This document shows, one piece after another, positions 36,901 through 49,419 of a DNA stretch of 64,000 nucleotides. How positions within the stretch are numbered: position 1 is the stretch's first letter; each line of letters starts with the position of its first letter. The notes below the pieces were generated by a model. That model ran no database searches and was not told the DNA's origin. It saw nothing but the letters and a program-made list of their open reading frames with translations. Origin of the DNA: Tubiluchus corallicola (taxonomy: Eukaryota > Animalia > Priapulida); assembly GCA_030141605.1 (NCBI GenBank), contig JAQGDQ010000023.1:1-64000 (forward strand). The letters run 5' to 3'. A program made the position numbers and the translations under genes.

Positions 36901-39900
36901 ATGTTTACCTCATTTAAAGGGGATAAATCAGAACATGACTATGTTATGTGCCAGCTCACTGACTCGTATTAGAGGGTCAGTCTTAGCAAAGAGGCGGACA
37001 CTGGACACACTATAAACATCAACGCTGAGTAGGCCTGCCTGCCTCTGAATGCTGGGTTCCAGTATGCCGAAGTGTGTAAAAATCTGCAAGTCAAGATCCA
37101 ACACTGACTGGCAAACGTATTTAATGTACGTGCTTGAGGCAGAACAGGAATCTCTCTTACTGTCAAGAATAAATCGTAAAGGAGAGACAGTGAGTCGACT
37201 ATTCATACATTCTCATTTGACAAAAATTACAAACCTGAGAAACAGGAGGTACAAAACTATGTGAGTTGTAAAGCATGCAAATTGATTTTGAAACTTTTTT
37301 TGAAAAACCAATGTAAACAGTTCTAAAAAATGGAAAAAAGGCCATATAATGAATATTGTCATGATAAAGACTTGTATTACCTTGTATCTGGGAACATTTG
37401 TCTAGGTGAGAGGCATAGGTTTCACTGATAGGTACTTTTTCTCTTTATAATGTTATTTGTGTTTTTTGATCACATAATTGCGTGATGTGCATATTATTTC
37501 TTGAGTGATGAATTGTCTTTGCTTGATAAACTTAACTTTGATCATTACATCGTTGTTCTTGTCACTGTTAGATTGTTTGATTGGACTTTGCAGAGAATGA
37601 ATTAACATATTTTGAAGATTAGTGATATTTGTTAAATGTAAATTTATTTTCTCATTAGTTCAGTCTTCAGAGTTTATTGTTGTTTATTGTTGAAATATTA
37701 TGCCATGTGATTATCAATGATTTATTCTTGTTTTTCTTTATAGTGTTGCAGTGCCATTCACATACAAATCAGAGCTGCTTGGGACAAAAAAGAACCATGA
37801 AAATAATACGGTTAAAATTTTCATTTCTTTTACATGGGCAACATGCTTAGGTTTGTGGGGTGAGCTTTTCAACTGTCTTGCTAATTTTTGATCATCTTAC
37901 AATTGAGGAAACCTGCTCAAATTTTTCAGCAAACAATTTTTTACAGACTTGCACTAATACACTCACATCTCGGTCTGCATTACAAAAGCGGGGCGACGTC
38001 GGTCCGAATTTGCCAATACTAAGCTAATACAGTAGCACCATGTATTAGACACACGGTAATGAAAAATCAATCGCCTTATTGTCCCAACAATGTCTAGTAT
38101 GGGCCGCACACAACATGCAAACAACATGTGTGTCGCTACACGCTGCTTGGTTACACTGATGAAATAATGTAAGCAAAGTGATGGTCTGCCAGCTAGTGGT
38201 CAGCTCGCGAAACAACAGATGTAGTATGCGGGACTTACAATGGTCCACATTTTGTCTGATTTTTCCAATATCCGTAAAAGTGAGATTCGACAAAAAGAGA
38301 TATAAGTGTAAATGTAATAAAATACCACTTATTGACCACGTTTAAAAAGGTGTAGCTCAGATAAAGAATTAGTAGTTCTGCAGTGATATGGCTAAGCTTT
38401 TTGGAGTGCAGTTTATATACTGTGGTAGTGTAAATCATACCGTGTACATGAGGCAAAGTCTTTGGCAGAGCTTGACCCTCATACTTGAGCAAAATTTTGA
38501 AAGCTGGTGAAAGATGTTGTCGTATTTCTTCTTGTTGAGTTTGATCCTGCAGAAAAACATTTGAACATGTCAACAATGAACTTCTAAGGTGGAATACATA
38601 ATTTCTTACCTCACACTATTCAATACTATAAGCTTTCTGACAACAAGTTACACACAACTCAAAATAACACTCATATTTGTATTAGATTCCATATTTTGAC
38701 CAGAGGCTCAAGCAGCAAAAATTAGTGTACAAGTAACTCTGAGATACATGCCAGTAGTGAAGCATTGATGTAAATTTTGCCCGTTCCTTGTTGATTCACA
38801 TCTTCTGCATATGAATGCATTTGACAGTTTATGCAGGTCGTGACACGCCATCTACCAACAGAGCGCTCCTTGCATAAATAACTCAGTTCTCTGAAAAATA
38901 GTTTAAATTTTGTAAAAACTGTTAATACCTGCAGCAAATGAATATCAGCAACTCAACAAGAGACAAAAGACAACTTTTTCCAGTCCGAAATAGATATGAA
39001 AGATTTAATAAAATGACTGTATAAATTTAAAAAATGCAGAAAATCATGTAGCAAACATGATATATTGCGTACAACTGGTAATGCCAACAAACAAAAAAGA
39101 ATTAACTTGGATCATTTATTTAACTAGTATAATACCTTTGAATATGGAATATTGCATAATATATTGCGAACTTTTTGTTAGGCTCATTGCCTGCATTACT
39201 GTGTTTTTATAAGTTATTATTGCGTATTTTACATTTGCAAACGATTTATAAATTCAAGAAACATGCAAGAAAGTTGTTTGGCATGCAGCACGTGTAATTG
39301 TTAGCATGTCATGTCAAAAGGTCATTTTGTCTATTAGCTGAATAAAAACAATGAGATAGTCAATGGCTTAGCACTCAGCTGTTTTACACACATACACTGG
39401 TTGCACGTACAATGCCAAGATGCTTCATCAAATAATGTGTCCTGCTGCAGTTATTTTGCTGTAAAAACTTTTTGTACAAGGGATAAACACAAATCTTGTG
39501 CAAACAAAATCGATTTACTGAACAGGTCACGCAAATTTACAACTGACCATGTACTACAGATTACATAGACATGCAATTTAACATGAAACATTCATCAATT
39601 TTTAGTTTATTGAAGTCACGTAAAATACATGTCATCGAATTTGAATATACTGCAAAGTAGTTATGTGACAGCACCTTTTAAAAGTACTTTACATGAGCTA
39701 TACAGCCACACATTGTACATTATTTATATACCTTTATTATTAATGCATGCGTGTCCGTCTATTACTCATATGCATATGATTAGCCGCATATGCTTATAAA
39801 GTACTGTTTGTGGGTCCCTAGGTTTGCTATAACAATGTTAGACTATATTTCTTGTCCCTCCAAATCTACTTGAAACAACCAATATTTTTATCAGAAATTT

Positions 39901-40963
39901 TTGCTACATAGTTATTTTTTTTAATCATTTTTTTAATAATTTTAAAGAATGGCTTTGCAATGGTGGCAGCTAACGTGTAGGAAAAACATAAGTGAATCAT
40001 AAATTTTCATTTCACATCATCTCTATCTATATCTGATCAAAGCCTCATCAAAGTTCAGAAAATTGTTTTATGTGGTTGAACTTTCAGATTTGCTTTTGAA
40101 ATAAAGTGAGAATTTTATGAAAAACATAGCTGGCTGAAGTTTGGTGTAGTCAGAATCAGATTATTGTTAGTCAAAAAATTTTAAAGCCAATGCGTCTCTG
40201 TCAAATCTACAGTATATTCCACATATTCCATAAAATGATATCAAGTTTTTGGTCGATTTCGAGGAACTACCTATCTTGCGTTATAATGGCATGATCATAT
40301 GCCCAATCACCTACCTATCCATTATATTGATATCGATGTCACAGCGATTTAGCTTTTTGTACAATTTATTCTTCCACTGCCAAGGACAGGCAACAACATT
40401 AACAGGAAACTATCAGTGGATTCTGCTAATTTGCTGAACCGATTCTCATCGACTCATTCTCCAGATTCCTGCTCACAAACGATTTAGTCTGTTACTTTTT
40501 AGCTGTGGTGAGATTGAATAAGTTCATCAGAAACAATGTAGCGAACCCAGATTTCATGAAGAAACTGCCAAAAATGACAGACAGCTGGATCAGTGCAAAC
40601 TGGCTGCACCCTTGTAGCATCATCTGCTACAGGCATGCACAAGTGAAGAAAGCGTGAAGTCAGATATCGTGACTAAATCATCTAGCTACCTTGCGTTATA
40701 AGGGTGTTATCACATCTCCTGCAATCTACCTACCCTAGACGGCCCTTTACCATACATACATTATACACTTCCTACTCTTTTAAAAGGTCTGAAGCTCACC
40801 TGCTAATCCCAGCAACATCTAAGGTAACTTCCGCTAAGGGTTGGCTGAAAACCTCGTCCGACTTCTCCTCTTCTGTCAGCTGTAGAGAATCATGTGGGAT
40901 TTGTTCTAACTGTCTGTCCCGGATGTGAATCCGGATGTTCATGCAGGCACAGGAGAAAATCAT
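30927..40963 (-). CDS. AKT1S1: Proline-rich AKT1 substrate PRAS40 / Drosophila Lobe-like mTORC1 regulator (~402 aa)
   Basis: Minus-strand exons 40963-40800, 38890-38752, 38546-38441, 36596-36500, 36141-36064, 34649-34558, 34137-34009, 33115-33020, 32223-32066, 31076-30927 give a 1209-nt open frame. Motifs: TOS-like FTLDL followed by an acidic tract, AHSMPMKMPTW (compare AKSLPVSVPVW) and MGASIMALAQSVR..DVFGELPRPRLPS (compare IAASMRAL..VFGDLPRPRLNT). Confidence 0.85.
35421..36038. mobile_element. Kolobok-like MITE, copy 1
   Basis: ttaa|AGGAAAAC...GTTTTCCT|ttat; colinear with copy 2. Confidence 0.75.
37064..37240 (+). pseudogene. Possible decayed THAP domain from a DNA transposon, within a PRAS40 intron
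   Basis: MPKCVKICKS...LLSRINRK...SRLFIHSHL loosely follows the THAP pattern MPxCxxxC...W..I.R...lCsxHF, with key residues lost. Confidence 0.35.
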
Positions 40964-41638
40964 AGTGAAAGATCGGTTAGGTCATAGCCTCCTAGTGGCT
41001 GAATAGGAAGTGCTGCAAAGAAAACATTTATAAAAAGCTCATAGCATAGCTTGAGTAATGTATTAATGGTTCTGAATATATTCAGGATTTTTTTTAGTTT
41101 TTTTTACATTTTTAAACAGATAACTCAATATGACAAGCAATTTCATTACCCGTATTGGACCAGTGTTATGGAACAGAATAAGTCACAATGTAAAATGCAG
41201 TCATTCACTTTCAATTTTTAAAGTAAGCCTCAAAAAAGAGATATTTCATCAAGTACCGATGAAAATTAATGTATTCAACAGGTTACATTACTAAATGCAT
41301 TATAATCATAATCCTGGCTTTTTAGTGCTCGTTCCAGTTCATTATGCACTTATTACCACACTGCACATCAATGTAGATATTTAGCATTATCCCATGTCAC
41401 TATTTCATTCATCAAACCCTTTTTATTTTATTATTTCCAATGATGTATAGGCTGGCCTGTCAAGCTATACTTTTAGAGTAAACTGTATTAATAAAAATTA
41501 TTGTGTATGTGCCATCTAAATAAAGTCTTTTTACTGTACTTCTGGAACCACTGTCTGTATTGTAATAATGCAGTGTGGAGATAAAAAAATTTCTGAACTT
41601 TTGATGTTGTTTAGATACAACTGCCGCAGTGTCATTAA

Positions 41639-42177
41639 AGGAAAACAGGACCCAATTTTAAACTACAACTCAAAACAACCTAATCTATAAAATATTGAAA
41701 AGGAAAGTATTATAATGTTAGAAATGCAATTTGCATTTGCGTGGCTAGTTTTTCTCTATTACATATTTTTTGCCATTTGCTAGTTAGACACAAGCGCCTG
41801 CATCTATGAAATCCATTGCACAAAAATAGGTGCTGTATAGTTCAGAAGTATTCGGCAGTTCATACATGAGCACAAGCTTGAAGTTTGAATTTTTTTAACT
41901 TGCTGTGTTTTTGTATATCACACTGAATGCTATACAGTAGCACTATTTCAGTTTTTGCTTTGGATATCAGGTGCAACATGCTCATGGAATATTTCTGCTG
42001 TTGAAATTTATGTTCAGTTGTGATGTCATCACTACTTGGGCTTACATGCCATTAATCAAAATTTTAATCTATAATTTAATTACCAGAAAAGATTTGGCAT
42101 TATTATAGGTATTAACATGCATACTTTTTACCATGCATCACAATGGGGTAGGATACGAAAAAACATATGGTTTTCCT
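41639..42177. mobile_element. Kolobok-like MITE, copy 2
   Basis: ttaa|AGGAAAAC...GTTTTCCT|taaa; shares ggacccaat, aaatattgaaa and gggtaggatacgaaaaa blocks with copy 1. Confidence 0.75.
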
Positions 42178-43269
42178 TAAAAGAAAAAACCAAGAAAATA
42201 TAAATCCCATTCATCATTATTTCTTCAACAAATCAATTTTGTTAAATTGCAGATTGTTCATCATCAGTTCAAGTAGTGGAGCACAACTCATTTGGCTAAC
42301 ATAATTCTTCTACAGTAAACCCTGCTAAGGCCACTATGCATCCAATAACATATCACATATTGGTGTGATTGTTATTGCAAAATATAAAATAAACTTTTTT
42401 CAATCTTTATATCCAAAAGTACATTAAGCAATTTTGAAAAGATTAGTGTTATTTACCATGACGATTAAGAAAACAGAAAACCTGCTGCCTTGATCTCAAT
42501 GAGACCGCTAAATAACTCGAAAATAGTTGTATTGTGGACATGATTCACTCGCTCAGGGAGCTACCTTACAGGGAACTACCCTGCCAAACAAATATTTATG
42601 CATTAGAGGTTTCCTATATTAATATCTTTGAGCTATGATTGGAGGCGGAGCACGTTTTTGCAAATATCTATCCATGAAGGGCACAATGAATCCTCCACTA
42701 ATGATGTGCAGATAACTGTTTTGTTACACGACCAATCTCACAACGTGCTCACCGCTATGGTAAGCACGTGCCCAAAAGCTCATGATAATTACTTTTATTT
42801 ATTACTTAACAAATTCTCTAGCATAAAAACATAAAAAAGTTCTGGGTATAGACATGATGGTGAAAACATAAAAAAGAAAATTATGGGCAAAAAGCCCATG
42901 CACAGGGTCTACCCTGTCGATCTATGGTAATGCATGGTAATAAAATATAAAGGTATAAAAATATACATTAAAAAACAGAAAAGACTGCATTTAACTAAAG
43001 TGCAATCATTTTCCAACGTTTGCTATTGGCATGATAGTTTTTTGTTTGCTTATATACATGCATCCATCATATTCACAAGTGCTTTATGATTTCAGCCCAT
43101 TAATTGTCTGTCAGACTTCTTTACATGAATTTCCAAGAAAACCAAGAAAGTAATTCCTACTATAGAATCATCTTTGAATAACCAAATGAATACATTTATT
43201 AATAATAGTGAATAAAAGAATAAAAACAAATATAAGAATTTTCTAATAGCAAGGATGCCATTGAACAGG

Positions 43270-43630
43270 TACAAGCATGAGCTGTGGACATGATAGTAGG
43301 TCTTGAAGGACTCACATGTTCCCAGACATTGAAAAAACTAGACCGTTTCGGCTTTCTGCTAGAAGACGTAGAGGAAGATTTTAGTGGGGTTTACTGACAT
43401 TAATGCAAACCAATTTTTTACACTTTACAACAGGAGCATAACACGTATACAGTGCACTAAACTATTCAAGTATAGGATAAATACCGAAAAGTATCAGCAC
43501 AGTTTCTCAAAAGCTGAAGTAATAATGTGGAACTCATTACTGGCATCACTAATGAGAACAAGTAATGTAAATAGTTTGAAACATAAATTTGATGCAGAAC
43601 TTCGTGCAAGGAGCCTCGTATTTTAATGCC
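43270..43630 (+). pseudogene. CR1-type LINE ORF2 C-terminal fragment
   Basis: NQFFTL..ITR...KLFKYRINTEKYQHSFS...MWNSL...NVNSLKHKFD. Confidence 0.65.
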
Positions 43631-44643
43631 TGGGCTGTAGGTATATTGGGAGGCAAGTAAACCAATGACGAATACCTGCACAATGTCGTGTTTGGATATG
43701 AAAAAGTAACACTAACAGTGTGCTAACCAACACTGCTATTGGCTGCCAGCACCAAGGTATATACTCTACATGTTATTCGTTGTTTGTGCGATGTGTCATT
43801 ACCTGTATTGTTGTAAGTCGCTAAACATCCGTTAATGCTGTCTGTTAAATGAGCGACAGTAAATAAATCTTGTCTTTGTATTTTGCACAGCAGTACAGTG
43901 CTACAAATCGGAAAACTGGCGGAAGAACGCGATGAGCTAAAAAAGCTCAAGTTGACCTAGGGATTACCCAGAATAAAAATCACAGCAGTAATCATCAGTA
44001 CACCTAAGCTTCCAAAAAAGCGAGAAGGAAGAGATCAGAAACAGTGACATTCATGTTTCACAGCATTGAAAGACACACAGCTGTTGCAGAAAGCAAAACA
44101 ACAGTTTGGCAATATGGGTAAGCTTGCGGTTGTTTTCCGATCCTGAGTATCGAGGTACCTGCCCAATTTCAAAAACAAAAGAAATTGAGCCTACGCCCCA
44201 GTTAGAATTTCCTGCCAGCTTATTAAAAAAACTTAATAATATAATTTTACAGGCATGTCTATGCAAAGTGCTAAGATTAAGATCTTAGCTTCTCAGAAAA
44301 CTAAAGTGAACGGGCAGCTTGCCTCAAATCTAACGTTTATATCAAAAATTACAAAACGCAAGTGAGTTAATTATAAAAATGATGTATAGATTAATAATAA
44401 TGACCATTGATCAGGGCCAATGAGAAAAACAGCGCTGTAATTAATCATAAAGTTAAATGATAAATAAAGAAAAAAATGATAATGATAATTAATAATAATT
44501 AATTAATCATAATGACAGTGATAATAATAATAACAATGACAGATAATGACAATGATAATTGTCTTAGATCATGGTAATGATTTTGCTGATGACATTTATG
44601 ATAAGGACAATGACCATGATAATGATAATGATAGTGACGTGAC

Positions 44644-44865
<222 letters not shown>

Positions 44866-45159
44866 ACATTTGTATTAATAATGAACAATTTTGCCAGATA
44901 TTATTATTTTCTTATTATTTTATTATTTATTAGGCACAAAAATCAATATATGCATTTTATAGATGAGCAAAAGTAATCAGTAAAACTATAATCATGATCA
45001 ATACTAAGGTTGTGCTGTACCACTGTGTGCCATGGATGTCAGATTGTTTTAATCATGTCATCACCAACAAAGTTTGGTTCATTTGTGTCTTCCTAATACT
45101 GGAGTTTAAGAGTTTAAGAGTAAGAACATACTTATAATGTGCAAATCATTCAGTTACAT

Positions 45160-45650
45160 GTCACAGCAGGACAGGCCAAGATAAAGCAGGACACTGGAAA
45201 AGCAACACGATAGGAACAAAACATATGCATGACAGGGCAGTATAGAATATGAAATTAAAAAAAATTGAATGATTAATATCGATAATGACTGTAAAGGATA
45301 GCACAGGACAGGCAGGATAGGACAGCCAGGTTAGGATAGGACCGGATGTGATGAAATGGGATGGGATGCGATGGCATGGCAAGGGATAGAATAGAATTGG
45401 ATAAGACCAGACAGGACAGGACAGGATAGCTAGGAAGGACAGGACAAGGCAAAACAGTTAGGACAGGGTAAGATAATGCAGGACAGGATAGGACTGGACT
45501 GGTCATGAACAGGACCGTACAGAAAGACAGGGACAGAAAAAACAATAATAGGACAAAACAGAACAGTGGAATAAGACAAAAGCAGCTTATCTAGAACAAG
45601 AAGGGCAGGACAGAATTAGACAGGATGGGTCACAAGATGACACAAGTAGG
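45160..45650. repeat. Degenerate (GACAG/GATAG)n pentamer repeat
   Basis: Periodic ggaca/ggata units. Confidence 0.85.
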
Positions 45651-46369
45651 ATTTATACAAATTACATTTGTTTTGATTTTTTTGTTTATACATTTTGATT
45701 TCCAGGCCACTATTAAAAAGCCAATTTACATACAAAAAAGGTATCAACTTTATGATGCATTCATAGCCCACGATAATCCTTTATCTCTTCCCGAATCTTA
45801 ATTGAGATTGGATGGGAAGCTGACTTTTGCTACCTGAAATGTATTTTGTATTTTGCATGTACCTCAGTGCTATTATTGTATTACCTACATGGGTAATTAT
45901 TGTTGGCTATAAATAATAATAATAAATAATAATTGCCAAGACAATCTAACTGCCTGGGAGCCCAGAACATAAAAAGCAAATTTGTCAAAATTAGTGTTTC
46001 ATGTGATTATGAATAGACTTTTACTGTTCATCATGCGGCTAAATTAATAATTTTTCTTGCTACTTAAATGGGGCCGGTCGACCATCGAGTCTTTCACTCT
46101 GTAGCCAAAGTTCGACAGTGCACCAACAAACTAAAGTTGAAACGTACTCCGTTTCAAAAACTGGCAAAAAGATTTCTTCTACTTTTTTTACACTTGGGTG
46201 ACCGATTTTTCTGAAATTATTGTCTTGATGTATAAAATTAAATTTTGATTGTAATAAGTCGTGAAAATGCAATTGGCCATTCAGCAATTTATTATTGAGT
46301 CTGTAAAGCTTCTTCACTAGTGTAGCACTTCAAAGCCTATTGTAAGAGTTATTGCTGAGTGGGCCAACT

Positions 46370-46700
46370 AGTAAGTAAGTAAGTTTATTAGTTTATCACC
46401 ATTTTTAAAATAGCAAAATACATAACTAAGAGATTTATAAATCTATACAACATGCAATAATATTACAAAGTGCAGAAGTAATTATTGATTAGTGGTGAAA
46501 GGGTGGCGAACGAACTATAAGTTATCGAGGTCAGCCGTCCTCTCAAGATTGTTACTAATAATATATAATTAATTAGTTAATGCGCATGTACCAGGTAATT
46601 AAAAATTATCAGATTTTGCATTTAAGAAGAATGAAAATTGAATTATTATACGAATGTGTTAGTTTATAATAAAATAATGTTCAATAATGGGAAAGAAGAG
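46370..46700 (-). mobile_element. LINE 3' UTR copy, uninterrupted
   Basis: Reverse complement of 23848-23980 joined to 24710-24922; (GTAA)n tail at 46370. Confidence 0.8.
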
Positions 46701-47319
46701 ACACACGTGACTATCTTTAAATAATAATTTAACCATTAGCATTACATATTTAAAATTAATGTTATGAGGACCTAGAGCCAAAGGAAGAGAAAAAAAATTA
46801 ATTTTCCACTTATAGCTAAGAAAAGTGGATAAACATGTATGTTTAATCATGAAAGAAAGAGTTGAAAGGAAAGTATCTTAAAATTCTTTAGGATTAGTGT
46901 TCACTATTGCATAATATTAAAGTTTAAAGATATACAAAAGGTGTACCTTACCTCCATAACATACATTTGAGCTGCAATGCTTACTGAAGAATTTGTACAG
47001 TGTAAATTATCTGTATATATATATATATAAATGAGGCATTGTACTAACCAGATTCACTGTGAATTACTCATTAGTATTTAATTTATATAGTATTTAAATA
47101 AGTGAAATGCAATATCAACTTGAGTAGCATCAGTTGAGATTATTAGTGAATTTAGTTTACACGTAATAGAAAAACTTATTAGAAATAACAGAGTTAGCTC
47201 AACTACAAGGATTTCAACTTAAATGGAAGTAAGGAAAATAGTAGTTATTTAAATTATAGTTAGTTTAGCAAAAATTTACACTACTTTTAGCATATCATAG
47301 ATCTACAAAGATGAATACT

Positions 47320-47620
47320 GAGATATTAATTGATCTTTATATTTACTGATAAGAAAAATTGATTTGTTTTTAATTTCTTGGGGAATAGAGTTCCAGATAT
47401 GGGGCCTTGATATTTAAGAGAGCACTGGGCTTTGTTTGTATTATATCTTACTACACTCGTACTGTTATTTGAGGCAAAACGAGTTTGATAATTGTGTAAA
47501 GCAGAAGGTTCGCTCATGTATCCGTTAAACAGTTGGAGCAGCATATTATTTTTAAATTTAAAAACAAATTTGGCCAATTCTAGCTTATATATATATCTGT
47601 TATTTTTAAACTAATGCTCA
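47320..47620 (-). pseudogene. L2/Crack-like LINE ORF2 C-terminal fragment
   Basis: LAKFVFKFKNNMLLQLF...HNYQTRF...SLKYQGP, same family as 22190-22530. Confidence 0.7.
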
Positions 47621-47785
47621 CAGAACTTGTATCACTGCTACTGTACTGCTAGTGCTACTAATAAAATAATTATTATTTTTTTTCTTTGGCTTTTTAATAA
47701 TTTTTGGAATTTGGGACCCGTTTTGTGTTTTTTTTACAGCTGGAACTAGGATGAGCATGTAGTGAAAATAATTTTCCCTGACGCA

Positions 47786-47854
47786 ATGAGTCTCGACGGG
47801 TTGACACCCTTGGACAGACAGTTTGGGGTTCCAAATTCGCGGTGGGTTGGGAAC
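47786..47854 (+). CDS. Candidate alternative first coding exon of MFSD14 (MSLDGLTPLDRQFGVPNSRWVGN)
   Basis: 23 codons ending in a phase-0 donor AAC|gtaagg that is compatible with the exon at 49991. The segment is locally GC/CpG-rich and preceded by a strong acceptor (ttttttttacag, ending 47739). Confidence 0.5.
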
Positions 47855-49066
47855 GTAAGGCAATTAGCTAGTCAATTTTAATATTATGTAGACAAAAAAT
47901 GATGATAAACAGAAAACTGAACATTTATTGAGGTTTTTTTATATACCAGTATTTTATACATTGTCTACAGTAAAAAAGAATTAGTGTATCATATAAAACG
48001 TGAAGTTGACAATTTAATACTACAAATAAACAAAAATTCCATTTGCGTCCACGCTTTGCAACTGTATTTTCAAATACTTTTAGCAGGTTTTAACATTTTT
48101 TTCTAGTTTTTTGAATGTAGCTGCACACTTTATCGCATGCGTAGTAAATTTTATTTTGCAAAATTCGGCGTGTAGCTGCCAGGCAAATTATATATGCCAA
48201 TGTGCTGCTGCTGAATCAAGTACATTAAACAGTGCTGCATGTTGCCAAACGTTGAAGCTGAACATGTTAAACGATGGTCGAACTTTATAATTTTGGACCC
48301 TATGAAAGTTGAAAGAATCATGTCTAACATGTGTAATTAAAATTACTTATGCTGGAATGTTAATTGGGAAATCACTTGCATTTAAACTCACTTGAATTGA
48401 AGTATTTAAGTTGCAAAAATATGAATTTGGCTGCAAAATGCTTATTTTTCCTGACAAATTTGAGACACGTTTGGTTGGCTCCCTGATACTAAGCCTAATT
48501 CCTGGATGCGCCTGGAAAAATCTGGACAGGTTGTCACCCTAGCTGCAGCTTTCAAATTCTGTATCAGAAAAGTCCTCCTGTGTAATTAAAATGCACATTA
48601 ATTGAATAATTTTGTTAAGCAAACCCAGTTTTTCCATATTAAGCAAACCCAGTATTTCCAGCTTAACCCATATTTTCTTTGAAATCTGAGACTGTTAATT
48701 TTTAGCTGTGGTTTACATGGTGGGCTGAACATGGTAGACGATGGCAGAATGAATTTTTGGTTTTACTGTCTAAATTTAAACTGAAAATACAAACGGTTAG
48801 TTAATTTTATGCCGATTTTTAGGCTTATTTATTTTCCAGCAAGCCAGAGCCCAGAGCAAAAATATAAAACATTTTAAAGACATGCCATAATATTTTTGTG
48901 CTTACATGCTTTACTGTAATGAGACTTAAATTACGTGTAATTAAATTGCTTATGTTTTTGGATTTTTGTTTGTGAATGGTGTAGTGAACCTTACACTAGC
49001 TAAGGTGGTATGGAAGTTGCTACCATCTGTGGTGTGAGCTTGGATGTTTTTGGAAATCTGGCTAAG

Positions 49067-49121
49067 GTGTGTGTGTGTGTGTGTGTGTGTGCGTGCGTGC
49101 GCTGACATGGGTGTGTGTGTG
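49067..49121. repeat. (GT)n/(GCGT)n microsatellite
   Basis: Direct reading. Confidence 0.9.
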
Positions 49122-49419
49122 GGTATTATGTACGTCTTTGAATTCTGTGTGAAGACAGTTTGGTGGATAGACAATTGGGTGGCTAACTTTTCCCAAAGAC
49201 ATTGATTACCTTTTTCATTGTTACAGATCTTGCAAGTTTTAAAGGAGATTAATAAAGGTCAACTGTTGTAATATTTTGTCAGTGAGTGCGATATGCAAGA
49301 TCACATCTGTTTGTTGTTGCTTTTATTCTTCAATAATATGGAGATATAAAAAAACTATCTTTGGGTGACTGTACTGCTTTACCCATTGTCTTTCACATAA
49401 CAACCATAAACTAACTGGC

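Noticed and set aside
36928-37206. Extra PRAS40 exon (92-aa minus-strand ORF)
   Set aside because: The flanking exons already join in frame; the region looks transposon-derived on the opposite strand.
45161-45545. Cys/Pro-rich ORFs
   Set aside because: Translations of the pentamer repeat.
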